This document shows positions 1-11,064 of a stretch of DNA of 64,000 bases, one piece after another. The notes under the pieces were generated by a model, which saw only the letters and a list, made by a program, of their open reading frames with translations, searched no databases and had not been told where the DNA came from. Where the stretch lies: NCBI GenBank assembly GCA_965209155.1, contig OZ242383.1, forward strand, positions 1,856,001 to 1,920,000. The letters run 5' to 3'. Position 1 is the stretch's first letter. Each line of letters opens with the position of its first letter. The DNA is from a bacterium. Lineage in GTDB: Bacteria > SAR324 > NAC60-12. Position numbers and translations under genes: made by a program.

Positions 1-3
1 AAA

Positions 4-948
4 TTGCGAAGATATTGGTTGCAGCAAAGTGATGAGTTTCTTGCAAGACATGCTTATCCACAGAGAATTTCTACAACTTGGGAATTTAAAATCACTTCTC
101 AATATTTGGAGACACTGAAAAAAGAACCTGTACTCAATACCAGTTTTTACGAAATTTTAAAAAATAGCGAAAATACGTGTTTTACATCCAGCGATTTGTT
201 CAAATTCCTGCAGCAGCGCTTGAAACGGGCAATCACGCCAGAAGAAAAAGAAATACTAGTCGCTCCCGCTAGTTTCACTCGCAAGGAATCTGTCCTCCAT
301 TTAGTAGTGTACGACGGCGCTTTCACCCAAGCGATTCAATTAGAAATGCCCACTTATATTAAACAGGTCAACCAAATCCTTTACGATTTTCAAATTGATC
401 GCATTCAATGTTTGGTCGGGGACTTGGGACAAAAACATCAAGATCAAATTTGGATTGGTACATTAGCCTCTGTTTGGGATGCGCTCCTCAGCCCGGAATT
501 TATCAGCCATTGCGTGCCAGCATTCATTAAACGATCAGATTATTACAATGCCACTCTGATGGTTTATGTTTCCAATCTAGCTGTACAGGCTCAATTGAAT
601 ACCCCGGTACAATCTCAAAAGTTGCTGGATCGCATTTATCACACTTTTCCCGAACTCCAATTTGTCATCCAAAAAATCGGCTTCATCGTGCAAAATGGAA
701 TGAATAAGGAACAGAGCCGGTTAACATCACTTCTCATGGCAGAATCTGCAATTGATCCTGTTTCCAGTTATGATCGACTGAAACGATTGATTCAACATGA
801 ACATGTCCCATCCGAATTGCCGAATGAAGCGCTCTTCAAAGTTCCAAACATGGAAAAACAACGATGGAGACTTTCTCCTTCCGATTCGATCAATGCGGTG
901 CAAGATATCATTCAACGCATCAAGGATAATCAATCAAGACATCAATGA
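4..948 (+). CDS. DciA/DUF721-like protein with repeated domains (probably starts before the window)
   Basis: Segments LHLVVYDGAFTQAIQLEMPTYIKQVNQ...IDRIQCLVG and WDALLSPEFISHCVP...LMVYVSN...LLDRI resemble DUF721. Confidence 0.5.
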   Translation: MRRYWLQQSDEFLARHAYPQRISTTWEFKITSQYLETLKKEPVLNTSFYEILKNSENTCFTSSDLFKFLQQRLKRAITPEEKEILVAPASFTRKESVLHLVVYDGAFTQAIQLEMPTYIKQVNQILYDFQIDRIQCLVGDLGQKHQDQIWIGTLASVWDALLSPEFISHCVPAFIKRSDYYNATLMVYVSNLAVQAQLNTPVQSQKLLDRIYHTFPELQFVIQKIGFIVQNGMNKEQSRLTSLLMAESAIDPVSSYDRLKRLIQHEHVPSELPNEALFKVPNMEKQRWRLSPSDSINAVQDIIQRIKDNQSRHQ

Positions 949-1236
949 TGCTCTGTCATTATGAGAGTAATTCAGCAAACTCACAAGTGGAATGTTTTTC
1001 TTTTCAAAGACCTCTGCCAACGAATCCTGATTTAGGCAACTTTCCAATGTCCTTCATACGAAATCGATCAACCCGAAAAACCTTGCAAAAAGGTAACTAT
1101 TCAGGAATCTTCCGAGAACCCATCGATTTGAGTACAGATTTGAATGTTACTACAAGCTTTATCATGGTACAAAAAATTTTCCATCAGATTTTAAATTTTA
1201 TCCATACCTCAGACTGTTATTGAAAGGAAGAATCTT

Positions 1237-1479
1237 ATGAACTCAGAAGCCGTTGAAAAGATAAAACTTCACAAAATGCTTGATAAGCTTACAGAAGACA
1301 GGCTTGAATCAGTAAGGAATTATGTAAATTCGCTTATTGAAAAAGAGACCACCCCAACTGAGAGAACGAGTCTTAAAGGGATTTGGAAAGGCTCAGGTTG
1401 GGAAAATATTGACTTTGAAAACGAGTTGAAACAAGCCAGAAAAGAAATGAGTGAATCTATTTTATCAAAAAAGCTGTAA
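1237..1479 (+). CDS. Putative antitoxin of VapBC-like pair
   Basis: 80 aa, SLKGIWKG motif, TAATG stop/start coupling to a PIN gene. Confidence 0.65.
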   Translation: MNSEAVEKIKLHKMLDKLTEDRLESVRNYVNSLIEKETTPTERTSLKGIWKGSGWENIDFENELKQARKEMSESILSKKL

Positions 1480-1863
1480 TGGAATTATTGTTAGACTCCG
1501 TTGCTCTAAAAACGCCATTTTGCAGATGAAATGAAAATTGGTAAAAGCGCTCGTGCTATTCTTGATACTTCCGAAGAACATACGTTTTATATTTCAGCAG
1601 TCAGTTTGATGGAAATACTATACCTATCAGAAAAAAACCGTATTCCCATTTCATTAGATCAAACCATCAAGGAAATCGAAAAACGAGAAGGCTATCATAT
1701 CATCAACCTTTCCAAAGAAATTCTGCAAATTGCTCAAACCATTTCTTTTTATGAACTCCACGATAGAATGATACTCTCTACAGCTAAATTCCTTGATATT
1801 CCGATAATTTCAAGTGATCGTCGATTCCTTGAAATTCAAGAAATTTCTACTATTTGGGATTGA
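1479..1863 (+). pseudogene. VapC/PIN-domain toxin with +1 frameshift near 1510
   Basis: ATG at 1479 gives MELLLDSVAL; one extra A in ctaaaaacgc shifts it from the frame carrying ISAVSLMEI, ELHDRMI and ISSD. Confidence 0.75.
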
Positions 1864-1970
1864 AGTATCACTAGCCTTCTTCTGCGGACATAGCCCGGCC
1901 GCATCGTCGGGAAACCACAACCCTACAGTTACATTTTTTGTACCCGTTCACGGTTACCGGTTATCAGTTA

Positions 1971-2355
1971 CTGGCTCTGATGATTGTCGTCTACGGCCTC
2001 AATATTTTCGGCAACGCCCTCAGGGATTTGCTCGACCCCCGGTTGCGTGGCACTGCAGGGCGCTATGGCGGATCTCGTCAAAAGAGAGCTTCATGATTTT
2101 TGGAAAGGAGAGCATCTCGCGCGACACACCGATCATCGGGGAGCTGAAGCCGTGAGCGAGACCTGGGCACGAGAACTCATGGAACATAATATCACGGTGA
2201 ACAGTGTTTCCCCTTTCGCCATGACTCCTGGACATGCCCTTAATGGGAATCGATGGGGGGAGTCAGAGGTTTATGTTTTGAAAAGGTTCCCGATCGATGG
2301 AAGCATATCGTGGGAGGACTTGAAAACGATCGGTCCTCTCCGGGAATCTTTTTAA
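1971..2355 (+). pseudogene. Remnant of dppC-like 3' end followed by an SDR C-terminal fragment
   Basis: 1971-2101 is near-identical to 43466-43597; the downstream TWARELMEHNITVNSVSP is SDR-like. Confidence 0.65.
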
Positions 2356-2394
2356 TGAGATTTAACTGAACGGGTTTTTCAGAGACCTGAATAG

Positions 2395-4125
2395 TTACCG
2401 CAAAAAGTTAAAATCACAGCCTTCATCAGCTTGCAGAATGGTTTGCTGATACAATTTGCGGTATCCGCGGTTGTATTGGGGAAATGTTGTCTTTGCCTCT
2501 GATTTTCTTTTTTCCAATTCTGCCTCATCGACTAACAGTTCCAGTTTACGTTCTTTCACACTCAATCGAATCCGATCTCCATTTTTTACCCAACTCAAGG
2601 GCCCCCCGGAAGCAGAATCCGGAGTGACATGCAGGACGATGGTACCGTAGGCGGTCCCGCTCATACGAGCATCGGAAATGCGCACCATATCTTCCACGCC
2701 ATTCAGTGCTAATTTTTTAGGTATCGGTAAATAACCCGCTTCAGGCATTGCATCATGACTGGTGGGTCCTGCATTTTTCAAGATGAGAAAGGAATGAGGG
2801 GAAACTCGTAAATTGGGGTCATCAATACGGCGGCTCAAATCTTCCGGGGATTCAAAAACGACTGCGGTTCCTTGACTTTCAAAAAGATCCGGGTTGGCAG
2901 CCGATCTTTTCAAGATGGCCCCTCTTGGCGCTAAATTACCGAACAAAGCCACCAATCCCCCCACTCTTTCGTGAGGGTCGGAATATGAAGCAATTACCTG
3001 GCGATCGACATCTATCTGAACTGTTTGTTGCAGGATTTCACCCAGGGTTTTTCCAGAGACGGTCAGACAATTCAAGTGGAGATGGTCTTTCAGTTCCAGC
3101 AACACGGCTTCCATGCCGCCTGCCGCAAAAAAATCCTCCATATAGTGTGTACCAGTCGGTTTGAGATTCACCAGAACGGGGGTTTCCTCACTGATTCGGT
3201 TCAGTTGCTGTAATGGTATGCGAATTCCCAATCGTCCTGCAATGGCGGTCAAGTGCACTATGGCGTTGGTCGAACCACCGATTGCTACTAAAATTCGTAA
3301 GGCGTTTTCCAGCGACTGTTCCGTGATTATTTGGGAAGGGGTGATATTCTTGTCTATCAATGAAACAGCCGCCCGTCCTGTTGCTTCTGCAGCGCGCAAT
3401 CGATCTGCATGAACTGCCGGAATGGCGGCAGTCCGTGGTAAAGCCATGCCCATTGTTTCGACAAGACACGCCATTGTGCTTGCAGTTCCCATCACTGCGC
3501 ACGTCCCCGCAGTGGTGGCGAGTCGACTTTCAATGATATTGATTGTCTCCGTAGCGATTTCCCCGGCACGATAGCGTGCCCAGTATCTACGGCAGTCAGT
3601 GCAAGCTCCCAAACGCTCCCCTTGAAATCGAGAAGTCATCATCGGACCTGCAACTAAAGTAATTGTGGGTAGATTCGCGGAACAGGCGCCCATCAATTGA
3701 GCAGGTAAAGTTTTGTCACAGCCTCCCATCAATACGACAGAATCCATCGGTTGGGCTCGAATCATTTCCTCCGTGTCGATCGACATTAAATTGCGGTACA
3801 TCAAGCTGGTGGGGGCTAAAAAAACTTCTCCCAAGGAGATTGTAGGAAAGGCTATCGGCAATCCCCCTGTCGCAATCACTCCGCGTTTGAGGGCGTCCAA
3901 CAGCTCGGGAAAATGACGATGGCAATTGTTGTAGCCGCTGGCTGTATAGGCAATTCCTACAATAGGACGGTCCAGTTCTTCTCTGGACCATCCCATAGAG
4001 GCGGCGAAAGAACGACGTAAGTATCTTGAAAAATCAGGGTCTCCATAATTAGTCAATCCTTTTGTTATTCCTTTAAATTTTTCCATTTTGTTGGGGAGAT
4101 ACGACTTTTTATCGGGACTGTTCAA
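2395..4125 (-). CDS. Dihydroxy-acid dehydratase (IlvD/Edd family)
   Basis: GCDKT, GGSTN and SDARMSGT motifs; true start may be the ATG at 4086. Confidence 0.9.
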   Translation of the reverse strand: MNSPDKKSYLPNKMEKFKGITKGLTNYGDPDFSRYLRRSFAASMGWSREELDRPIVGIAYTASGYNNCHRHFPELLDALKRGVIATGGLPIAFPTISLGEVFLAPTSLMYRNLMSIDTEEMIRAQPMDSVVLMGGCDKTLPAQLMGACSANLPTITLVAGPMMTSRFQGERLGACTDCRRYWARYRAGEIATETINIIESRLATTAGTCAVMGTASTMACLVETMGMALPRTAAIPAVHADRLRAAEATGRAAVSLIDKNITPSQIITEQSLENALRILVAIGGSTNAIVHLTAIAGRLGIRIPLQQLNRISEETPVLVNLKPTGTHYMEDFFAAGGMEAVLLELKDHLHLNCLTVSGKTLGEILQQTVQIDVDRQVIASYSDPHERVGGLVALFGNLAPRGAILKRSAANPDLFESQGTAVVFESPEDLSRRIDDPNLRVSPHSFLILKNAGPTSHDAMPEAGYLPIPKKLALNGVEDMVRISDARMSGTAYGTIVLHVTPDSASGGPLSWVKNGDRIRLSVKERKLELLVDEAELEKRKSEAKTTFPQYNRGYRKLYQQTILQADEGCDFNFLR

Positions 4126-4197
4126 AGGCCAAGACGATTTCTTCTTCCACTGGTATTCTATTTCCTTATAAACTAATAGACATTGTTTTTACCCAAG

Positions 4198-4240
4198 TTG
4201 AGCGATTCTGAAAATCTGATTCTTTTCCAGAATCGCTCAA
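4198..4240. terminator. Hairpin downstream of the tRNA (likely terminator)
   Basis: Perfect 13-bp inverted repeat ttgagcgattctg/cagaatcgctcaa. Confidence 0.5.
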
Positions 4241-4327
4241 TTTGGATTTTGGCCAAAAGAAGTATTTACTCGTGTCTGAAGTTCTGAAGCATTTTGAAAT
4301 TGGATGACTTCAAAGACATGTAATAAT

Positions 4328-4403
4328 TGGAGCGAGAGACGGGAGTCGAACCCGCGACCTTGAGCTTGGGAAGCTCACGCTCTACCAAATGAGCTACTCT
4401 CGC
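4328..4403 (-). tRNA. tRNA-Gly (CCC)
   Basis: 76-nt cloverleaf GCGAGAG...TCTCGCTCCA, anticodon loop TT-CCC-AA, GGTTCGA T-loop, encoded CCA. Confidence 0.96.
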
Positions 4404-4491
4404 TGACTGGTTGTTATGAATGTTTTACATAAATCTGATAATATTTCAAACGAATTCCCTTAATTTAGAAATCTGAAAATAGTTGTCATTT

Positions 4492-6099
4492 ATGCCTGTC
4501 TTAGCAAGTAGCATTGATCCGAAATCCAGCGAATTTCGAGAAAATAAAGCGCGCATGAAGGATCTGGTTAAAGACTTGAACAAAACGGTGGCCGGGGTTC
4601 TGGTGGGAGGGGGAAGCATTGCCCGTCAAAAGCATCAAGACAGAGGTAAGCTTTTACCACGGGAACGAATAAGACTGTTGACGGATCCTGGTTCTCCTTT
4701 TCTTGAATTGTCTCAGTTGGCAGCTAAAGGTGTTTATAAGGATGATGTTCCCGCAGCGGGATTGATCACCGGTATCGGACGCGTTCATGGTATGGAAGTG
4801 ATGGTAGTGGCCAATGATGCGACCGTTAAAGGTGGAACCTATTATCCCTTGACTGTCAAAAAACACATCAGAGCTCAGGAAATCGCTGAACAGAATCACC
4901 TTCCATGTGTCTATCTCGTCGACTCGGGTGGCGCTTTTTTGCCCCTGCAGGATGAAGTGTTTCCCGATGAGAAGCATTTTGGTCGGATATTTTATAACCA
5001 AGCCAATCTATCCGCTAAACGAATCCCCCAAATTGCCGTCGTGATGGGTTTTTGTACCGCAGGTGGGGCTTATGTCCCGGCAATGTGTGATGAGTCGATC
5101 ATCGTCAAGAACCAGGGGACAATATTCCTGGGAGGGCCTCCTCTGGTCAAAGCGGCAACCGGTCAAGTCGTCTCGGCCGAAGAACTGGGAGGTGGAGAGA
5201 CGCACAGCCGCCGTTCCGGAGTGGTTGATCACCTGGCGCAAAATGATACCCATGCTCTCTCCATCGCCCGGGAACTGATTTCCCATTTGAACCGTAAGAA
5301 AAGCCTCCCCGTGCAAACTCGGGAGCCGGCCGACCCCCGATACGATGCCGAATCACTGTATGGGATAGTACCCACGAATTTTCGTCAAAGCTATGATGTG
5401 CGAGAAGTGATCGCCCGAATCGTCGATTCTTCGGAGTTCCATGAATTCAAAGCCTTGTATGGTTCCACTCTGGTATGTGGTTTCGCCCACCTCTATGGCT
5501 ATCCAGTGGGTATTGTTGCCAACAACGGCATTCTGTTTTCCGAATCGGCACTGAAGGGAGCCCATTTCATCGAATTGTGTGGTCAGCGGGGGATCCCTCT
5601 GATTTTCCTGCAAAACATCACCGGATTCATGGTAGGACGACGATACGAAGAAGGGGGGATTGCCAAGGATGGTTCAAAAATGGTGACCGCCGTCGCAACA
5701 GTGAAAGTTCCCAAGTTCACTCTCATAATCGGAGGATCCTTTGGTGCCGGGAATTACAGCATGTGTGGTAGAGCGTACAATCCTCGATTTCTTTGGATGT
5801 GGCCTAACGCGCGTATTTCCGTTATGGGGGGAGAGCAAGCCGCCTCGGTTTTAGCGACAGTGCGGCGTGATAACCTGGAAGCTATTGGAGAGAAATGGCC
5901 TCTGCAAGACGAGCTGGCTTTCAAGAGTCCAATCCTTGAACAATATGAAAAACAGGGACATCCTTACTATGCCAGTGCCCGGCTTTGGGACGATGGTATT
6001 ATTGATCCGCTAGACACTCGCCGGGTTTTGGGTTTGGGCATTTCGGTAGCTTTCAATGCACCTCTTGAAAAAACGGAATTTGGCGTCTTTCGTATGTGA
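4492..6099 (+). CDS. liuB: Methylcrotonyl-CoA carboxylase beta (carboxyltransferase) subunit
   Basis: [28 protein letters not shown] and C-terminal FGVFRM. Confidence 0.88.
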   Translation: MPVLASSIDPKSSEFRENKARMKDLVKDLNKTVAGVLVGGGSIARQKHQDRGKLLPRERIRLLTDPGSPFLELSQLAAKGVYKDDVPAAGLITGIGRVHGMEVMVVANDATVKGGTYYPLTVKKHIRAQEIAEQNHLPCVYLVDSGGAFLPLQDEVFPDEKHFGRIFYNQANLSAKRIPQIAVVMGFCTAGGAYVPAMCDESIIVKNQGTIFLGGPPLVKAATGQVVSAEELGGGETHSRRSGVVDHLAQNDTHALSIARELISHLNRKKSLPVQTREPADPRYDAESLYGIVPTNFRQSYDVREVIARIVDSSEFHEFKALYGSTLVCGFAHLYGYPVGIVANNGILFSESALKGAHFIELCGQRGIPLIFLQNITGFMVGRRYEEGGIAKDGSKMVTAVATVKVPKFTLIIGGSFGAGNYSMCGRAYNPRFLWMWPNARISVMGGEQAASVLATVRRDNLEAIGEKWPLQDELAFKSPILEQYEKQGHPYYASARLWDDGIIDPLDTRRVLGLGISVAFNAPLEKTEFGVFRM

Positions 6100-6170
6100 A
6101 AAAGGAGGGAAATTGAAATGCGGGGTAGTTTATATATTAAGGACGTTGGGTGTTGTAAAAAGGGAACCGG

Positions 6171-8168
6171 ATGTTTAAAAAAATTTTGATTGCCAATCGG
6201 GGGGAAATAGCTTGTCGGATCATCAGAACCTGCCGCCGTCTTGGAATTGAAAGTGTGGCCATCTATTCGGAAGTAGAAGCTGATGCGCGTCATGTGACGA
6301 TGGCCGATGAAGCTCATTGTATTTGGGGTCCTGCTCCCGTAGATTCTTATTTGTCTTTGGAAAAAATTCTCAAAGCGGCCGAATCGCGAGCAGTGGAGGC
6401 TATCCATCCAGGATATGGCTTTCTTTCAGAAAACGCTGTATTTGCCCGCCTGTGCCAGATGCAAGGAGTCGTCTTCATCGGTCCTTCTCCACAAGCGATT
6501 GAAACGATGGGTTCTAAAGGACATGCCAAGTATTTGATGGAACAAGCAAATATAAACGTGGTACCAGGTTACTACGGCGATGCGCAAGAGCCCGAAGTCT
6601 TACTGGCAGAAGCCGAAAAGATCGGCTACCCTTTGATGATTAAGGCTGTCAACGGTGGTGGAGGCAAGGGGATGCGGCTGGTGGAAAAAGAGGAAGAATT
6701 CACCAGCATGCTCGACTCTGCGAAGAGAGAAGCTCGCAATACATTTGGGGACGACACGGTTTTACTGGAACATTTCATCGCCAATCCCCGTCATATCGAA
6801 TTCCAGGTTTTTGGAGACCAGTATGGCAATGTCGTCCATTTATTCGAGCGCGAATGTTCCATCCAGCGCCGATATCAAAAAATTATTGAAGAAACCCCCT
6901 CCCCTTTTTTAGATGAAGCGCTGAGACAAAAAATGGGTGAAACGGCGGTGACCGCGGCAAAAGCAATTGACTATACAAACGCCGGAACCGTCGAATTTAT
7001 TGTGGGAACGGAGCATCAATATTATTTCCTGGAAATGAATACCCGTCTGCAGGTGGAACACCCTGTCACTGAAATGACCACTGGATTGGACCTGGTGGAA
7101 TGGCAATTACGGGTCGCGCATGGGGAAGCCTTGCCATTTTCACAAGCTGAGATTCCGCAGCGGGGACATGCTATCGAAGTGAGAGTATACGCGGAAAATC
7201 CGCAAAATCACTTTTTGCCTTCAACAGGATGTTTGACGCAGTGGGTGCATCCGCCACCCAATCCTCATTTTCGCATCGATTCGGGTGTTGGGGTGGGAGA
7301 CATGGTGCAGATTTATTACGATGCGCTGCTGGCCAAACTCATAGTGTGGGATGAAAACCGGGCAAAAGCCATCCTTCGCTTACGAAAAATCCTCGCGCAA
7401 ACGGGTGTATTGGGGGTGGTCACCAATCTCGAATTATTGCAGTCCATTTTACGGAGTGCTGATTTTTTTCATGGATCCTTCGACACTTTGTTTATAGAAA
7501 AATACCGACAAACACTCGTTCAGCCATCTAAAACAATTCCTGCACCTGCCGTGTGGGCGGCAGCACTTTATGAACTACTGAGGCGAGAAACACTAGCAGC
7601 CCAATCCGCTTCACGTTCCAGTGATCCGAGTTCACCCTGGAATTACCTGGATTTTTGGGAATTGAATGGACAAGGATACGAAGAATTCGAATTCCGGCAA
7701 GGCGAGGGGCCGTCCTGCTCAGTACGAATCCATAAACATGGAGACGAATACGTCATCCACCGTAGGGAGTATCCTTTGCGAATCCAAGTGAAACGATTCG
7801 AATCGCCATTGCTCACACTGCAATATGAGGGACGACAGGAAACCATGATGGTTTTGAACGATCATACAGGCTACTTGGTGATTCGAGGAGAAGAAAGATA
7901 TCTGTTCTCCCACATCGATCCATTATTTGTTGAATCAAACTCACCAGAGCAAAAAGGAGAACTTCGCTCTCCGATTCCGGGTCTGGTTCGTCGTGTGTTG
8001 GTTGCAGAAGGAGATTACGTGAAGGGAGGACAAACCTTGCTGATTCTCGAAGCCATGAAAATGGAGCACCGCCTGTTGGCTCCCCATGAAGGAGTTGTGG
8101 GACAGATCCATTACCAGGAGGGGAAAGTCGTTGAAGAAAATGTCATCATGATCACCTTCAGGGAATAA
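6171..8168 (+). CDS. liuD: Methylcrotonyl-CoA carboxylase alpha (biotin carboxylase plus biotin carrier)
   Basis: ANRGEIA, GGGGKGM, EMNTRLQVEH and EAMKM biotin motif; adjacent to the beta subunit. Confidence 0.8.
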   Translation: MFKKILIANRGEIACRIIRTCRRLGIESVAIYSEVEADARHVTMADEAHCIWGPAPVDSYLSLEKILKAAESRAVEAIHPGYGFLSENAVFARLCQMQGVVFIGPSPQAIETMGSKGHAKYLMEQANINVVPGYYGDAQEPEVLLAEAEKIGYPLMIKAVNGGGGKGMRLVEKEEEFTSMLDSAKREARNTFGDDTVLLEHFIANPRHIEFQVFGDQYGNVVHLFERECSIQRRYQKIIEETPSPFLDEALRQKMGETAVTAAKAIDYTNAGTVEFIVGTEHQYYFLEMNTRLQVEHPVTEMTTGLDLVEWQLRVAHGEALPFSQAEIPQRGHAIEVRVYAENPQNHFLPSTGCLTQWVHPPPNPHFRIDSGVGVGDMVQIYYDALLAKLIVWDENRAKAILRLRKILAQTGVLGVVTNLELLQSILRSADFFHGSFDTLFIEKYRQTLVQPSKTIPAPAVWAAALYELLRRETLAAQSASRSSDPSSPWNYLDFWELNGQGYEEFEFRQGEGPSCSVRIHKHGDEYVIHRREYPLRIQVKRFESPLLTLQYEGRQETMMVLNDHTGYLVIRGEERYLFSHIDPLFVESNSPEQKGELRSPIPGLVRRVLVAEGDYVKGGQTLLILEAMKMEHRLLAPHEGVVGQIHYQEGKVVEENVIMITFRE

Positions 8169-8181
8169 TCTCTGCAATCCA

Positions 8182-8967
8182 TCAAAACAATTCGACGACA
8201 CCGACCCTATGGAAAGCCAATACAAACAAATAGCACAATACCTCCGACAATTGCTGGGCCGCACCCAGGCAATCTCCCGTAACGCCTCCCAGACGTCGAT
8301 TGAAATAATAACCCAGTAACCAACGCAGTATAATTATCGGAATGACGACCAACCCGAAAACTCCGTCCATTAAAAAAAACCAGGGCAACATCCCCAACAA
8401 AAAGAGGATTCCCAATTCCCTTCCTGAAATTCGTTTTACCAACGCTCGCGCCTTAGCGATTTCTGGAAGTCCCACGTAATCGTAAGAATAGAGTAAGGAA
8501 ACAGCCGCGCTCCGGCTCAGGCTGTGAGCGGCAATCAGAAGCAGGGAAATCCGGAACGCATCCAGGGAGAGAAGAGTGACATATTTTAAAAACAACAGCA
8601 GTGTCAATCCTAATAAACCGAACGATCCTAATCGGGCATCCTTCATTATTATCAGAATTTCTTGCCGAGTCCATCCTCCGCCAAATCCGTCGCAACTGTC
8701 AGCAAACCCGTCTTCATGGAGGGCGCCTGTCAGCAGGATGGTACTAATCATACTGAAGAGCAATGCCACCGACAGAGGAAAAAAGAAGAGCCCGATTTGG
8801 AAAATCAAAGCTCCCACACCTCCCACAATCCATCCAATCACAGGAAAGTAGATGATTGAACTCGCCTGTTTGTCATTTGAAATTTTATGGGACATGGATA
8901 CGGGAATCCGCGTATAGAAGGACACTGCCATCAAAAACGATTCCCATCCATCACGTATTCTTTTCAC
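8182..8967 (-). CDS. cobS: Adenosylcobinamide-GDP ribazoletransferase
   Basis: FYTRIP, TGALHEDGFADSCDG and GGVTGDCLGA; GTG start overlapping cobT inferred. Confidence 0.92.
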   Translation of the reverse strand: MKRIRDGWESFLMAVSFYTRIPVSMSHKISNDKQASSIIYFPVIGWIVGGVGALIFQIGLFFFPLSVALLFSMISTILLTGALHEDGFADSCDGFGGGWTRQEILIIMKDARLGSFGLLGLTLLLFLKYVTLLSLDAFRISLLLIAAHSLSRSAAVSLLYSYDYVGLPEIAKARALVKRISGRELGILFLLGMLPWFFLMDGVFGLVVIPIIILRWLLGYYFNRRLGGVTGDCLGAAQQLSEVLCYLFVLAFHRVGVVELF

Positions 8968-9991
8968 TGACACCAGCAGATTGGAAAGAAGCCATTTCGA
9001 CCACAAAATTAACAGCAGACTCCAGTAACGGGTATGCGATAGCAATCCCGGTACCTTCTCCCAAACGCAGGTCCAGGTTCAAAAGGGGATCAGCCTGCAG
9101 AAACTTCAACAATGTCCTATGCCCGGTTTCATCGGAGAGATGGGAGAATATGCAATAGCCCAGAACTTCCGGTGCCAGTTTTGATGCTGCCAGTAAAGAA
9201 GCCGAGGCAATGAAACCATCCACTAGAGTCACCATCCGCAAAGCGGCTGCTTGTAAAAATGCACCACACATCATTACCATTTCAAAACCTCCGAAGGTGG
9301 AAAGAATTTCTAGAGGGGAACCATCCACACGATTGATAGTGATTGCCTTTTTCAGAACATTTATTTTTCGTTCTAAGCCTGTATCATCCATACCAGCACC
9401 TCGCCCTACGCAATCCTCTAGTGGAAGTCGGCAAAACAAACTCATCAGTATTGCAGCAGCAGAAGAATTACCAATCCCCATTTCTCCAAATCCCACGACG
9501 TTGCACCCCTTCTCATGTAATTCTGAAACGATTGTCGCACCTCTCTTCAAGGCAAGATCACATTGTTCCGGAGTCATAGCGGACATCTTTGAGTAATTTC
9601 TCGTGCCTTTGGCTACTTTTGCCTGCAGGAGGTGCGGATGGGGTGGAAAATCAAAAGCGACCCCTGCGTCCACAACCAGGACTTCGATAGCATGTTGCCG
9701 GCTGAAGACGTTGATAGCAGCACCCCCTGCTAAAAAATTCATCACCATCTGGTAGGTAACCTCTCGAGGGTAGGCACTCACTCCTTCGGCGACAATTCCA
9801 TGATCTCCCGCAAAAACGACAATTGCCGGTTTTTTTAGAACTGGCTCGAGCGTATTTTGGATACTCCCCAACTGCAGAGCCAATTTTTCTATTTTCCCCA
9901 ACGCTCCAAAAGGTTTGGTTTTGCTGTCGATTTTGAATTGCAACTGCTCACGAATGGCATGAGAAACCGGAGTAATGTCGATCGAGCACAT
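8951..9991 (-). CDS. cobT: Nicotinate-nucleotide-dimethylbenzimidazole phosphoribosyltransferase
   Basis: KTKPFGALG, FAGDHG, GEMGIGN and LRLGEGTG. Confidence 0.95.
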   Translation of the reverse strand: MCSIDITPVSHAIREQLQFKIDSKTKPFGALGKIEKLALQLGSIQNTLEPVLKKPAIVVFAGDHGIVAEGVSAYPREVTYQMVMNFLAGGAAINVFSRQHAIEVLVVDAGVAFDFPPHPHLLQAKVAKGTRNYSKMSAMTPEQCDLALKRGATIVSELHEKGCNVVGFGEMGIGNSSAAAILMSLFCRLPLEDCVGRGAGMDDTGLERKINVLKKAITINRVDGSPLEILSTFGGFEMVMMCGAFLQAAALRMVTLVDGFIASASLLAASKLAPEVLGYCIFSHLSDETGHRTLLKFLQADPLLNLDLRLGEGTGIAIAYPLLESAVNFVVEMASFQSAGVSEKNT

Positions 9992-10020
9992 GGATTGGCA
10001 AGATTAGATAGTTCAACGAC

Positions 10021-10518
10021 TCACTTAATCTGCAGCACCTGGCCTGCCACGCAAAAATGCACTTCATGGGCACGCTGTCCCACCATTTGAGCCACTTTCC
10101 CCGAGATATCGACAAACTGTCGTGCCAGGCTATTGTTTGGAATCACACCCATTCCCACATCGTTGATTACCAGGATCATGGGGATGGTCAATTTCATGAT
10201 GCAGTCCACTTCTTTCATGATTGATTGCTCAGTCTTTTGGTGATAGAGCATGTTGTTGATCCACATGCTCATGCATTCAACCAAAACAGCAGAGCGGAAC
10301 TCCTTCATACATCGCGCCAATTCCAGCGGTTCTTCCACTGTTAAAAATTGATTTTGACGACGCTGTTGGTGGACGAAAATACGCTGTTGCATTTCCGCGT
10401 CAATGATTTCCGAAGTGGCTAAGTAAATCGGTTTTTCCTTACAGACTAACTTCTGACAGCACTTTTCAGCAAATTGCGATTTTCCACTTTTCACACCTCC
10501 GGTGATCAACACTTTCAT
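10021..10518 (-). CDS. cobU: Bifunctional adenosylcobinamide kinase/guanylyltransferase
   Basis: TGGVKSGKS P-loop, HQQRR, NDVGMGVIP; in a cob operon. Confidence 0.92.
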   Translation of the reverse strand: MKVLITGGVKSGKSQFAEKCCQKLVCKEKPIYLATSEIIDAEMQQRIFVHQQRRQNQFLTVEEPLELARCMKEFRSAVLVECMSMWINNMLYHQKTEQSIMKEVDCIMKLTIPMILVINDVGMGVIPNNSLARQFVDISGKVAQMVGQRAHEVHFCVAGQVLQIK

Positions 10519-10623
10519 GATGCACTCTGTGATATATTGCTGTTGTTTTGTAATTTTTATCAAATTTGTATATCCTACCCTGTATGAACATGCCAACGAA
10601 TATCTGTAAATTTACGGAGATCT

Positions 10624-11061
10624 ATGGATCTAGAACTGCTGAAAAAGAAAATCAGGGATTGTGGTCTCAAATGCACTCCAACTCGGCTGGCAGTACTTCA
10701 GTACCTGGTGAAAGCCCATCGGCCGGTTTCCACTCGAGAGGTTATCCACAATTTGAAAGATACGGCCATCGATAAAGTCACTATTTATCGAATCCTGGAA
10801 AGTTTTGTTGGCAAAAACTTGATCACACCCGTCGACCACCGGGGCCGACGGCGATTGTATGAAGCCCATATAGGAGCCAACTGCCAGGAGAATCATTCCC
10901 ATTTCAATTGTTTGCTTTGTGGCAGTGTCTCATGTATGGAGAAAAATATGCTACAAATTGCCACATTGCCTCTCCCTGCCGGATTTCAACTCAAACAGGT
11001 TCGCCTGCAGATTGAAGGGATCTGTCCCGATTGCAGTTCTCTCGAGGCATCCACTCTTTGA
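10624..11061 (+). CDS. Fur-family transcriptional regulator
   Basis: TPTRLAVL, VTIYRIL, HSHFNCLLCG and CPDC. Confidence 0.9.
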   Translation: MDLELLKKKIRDCGLKCTPTRLAVLQYLVKAHRPVSTREVIHNLKDTAIDKVTIYRILESFVGKNLITPVDHRGRRRLYEAHIGANCQENHSHFNCLLCGSVSCMEKNMLQIATLPLPAGFQLKQVRLQIEGICPDCSSLEASTL

Positions 11062-11064
11062 GAG

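Noticed and set aside
4328..4403. tRNA-Gly as an island integration site
   Set aside because: No integrase and no duplicated tRNA 3' end seen in the window
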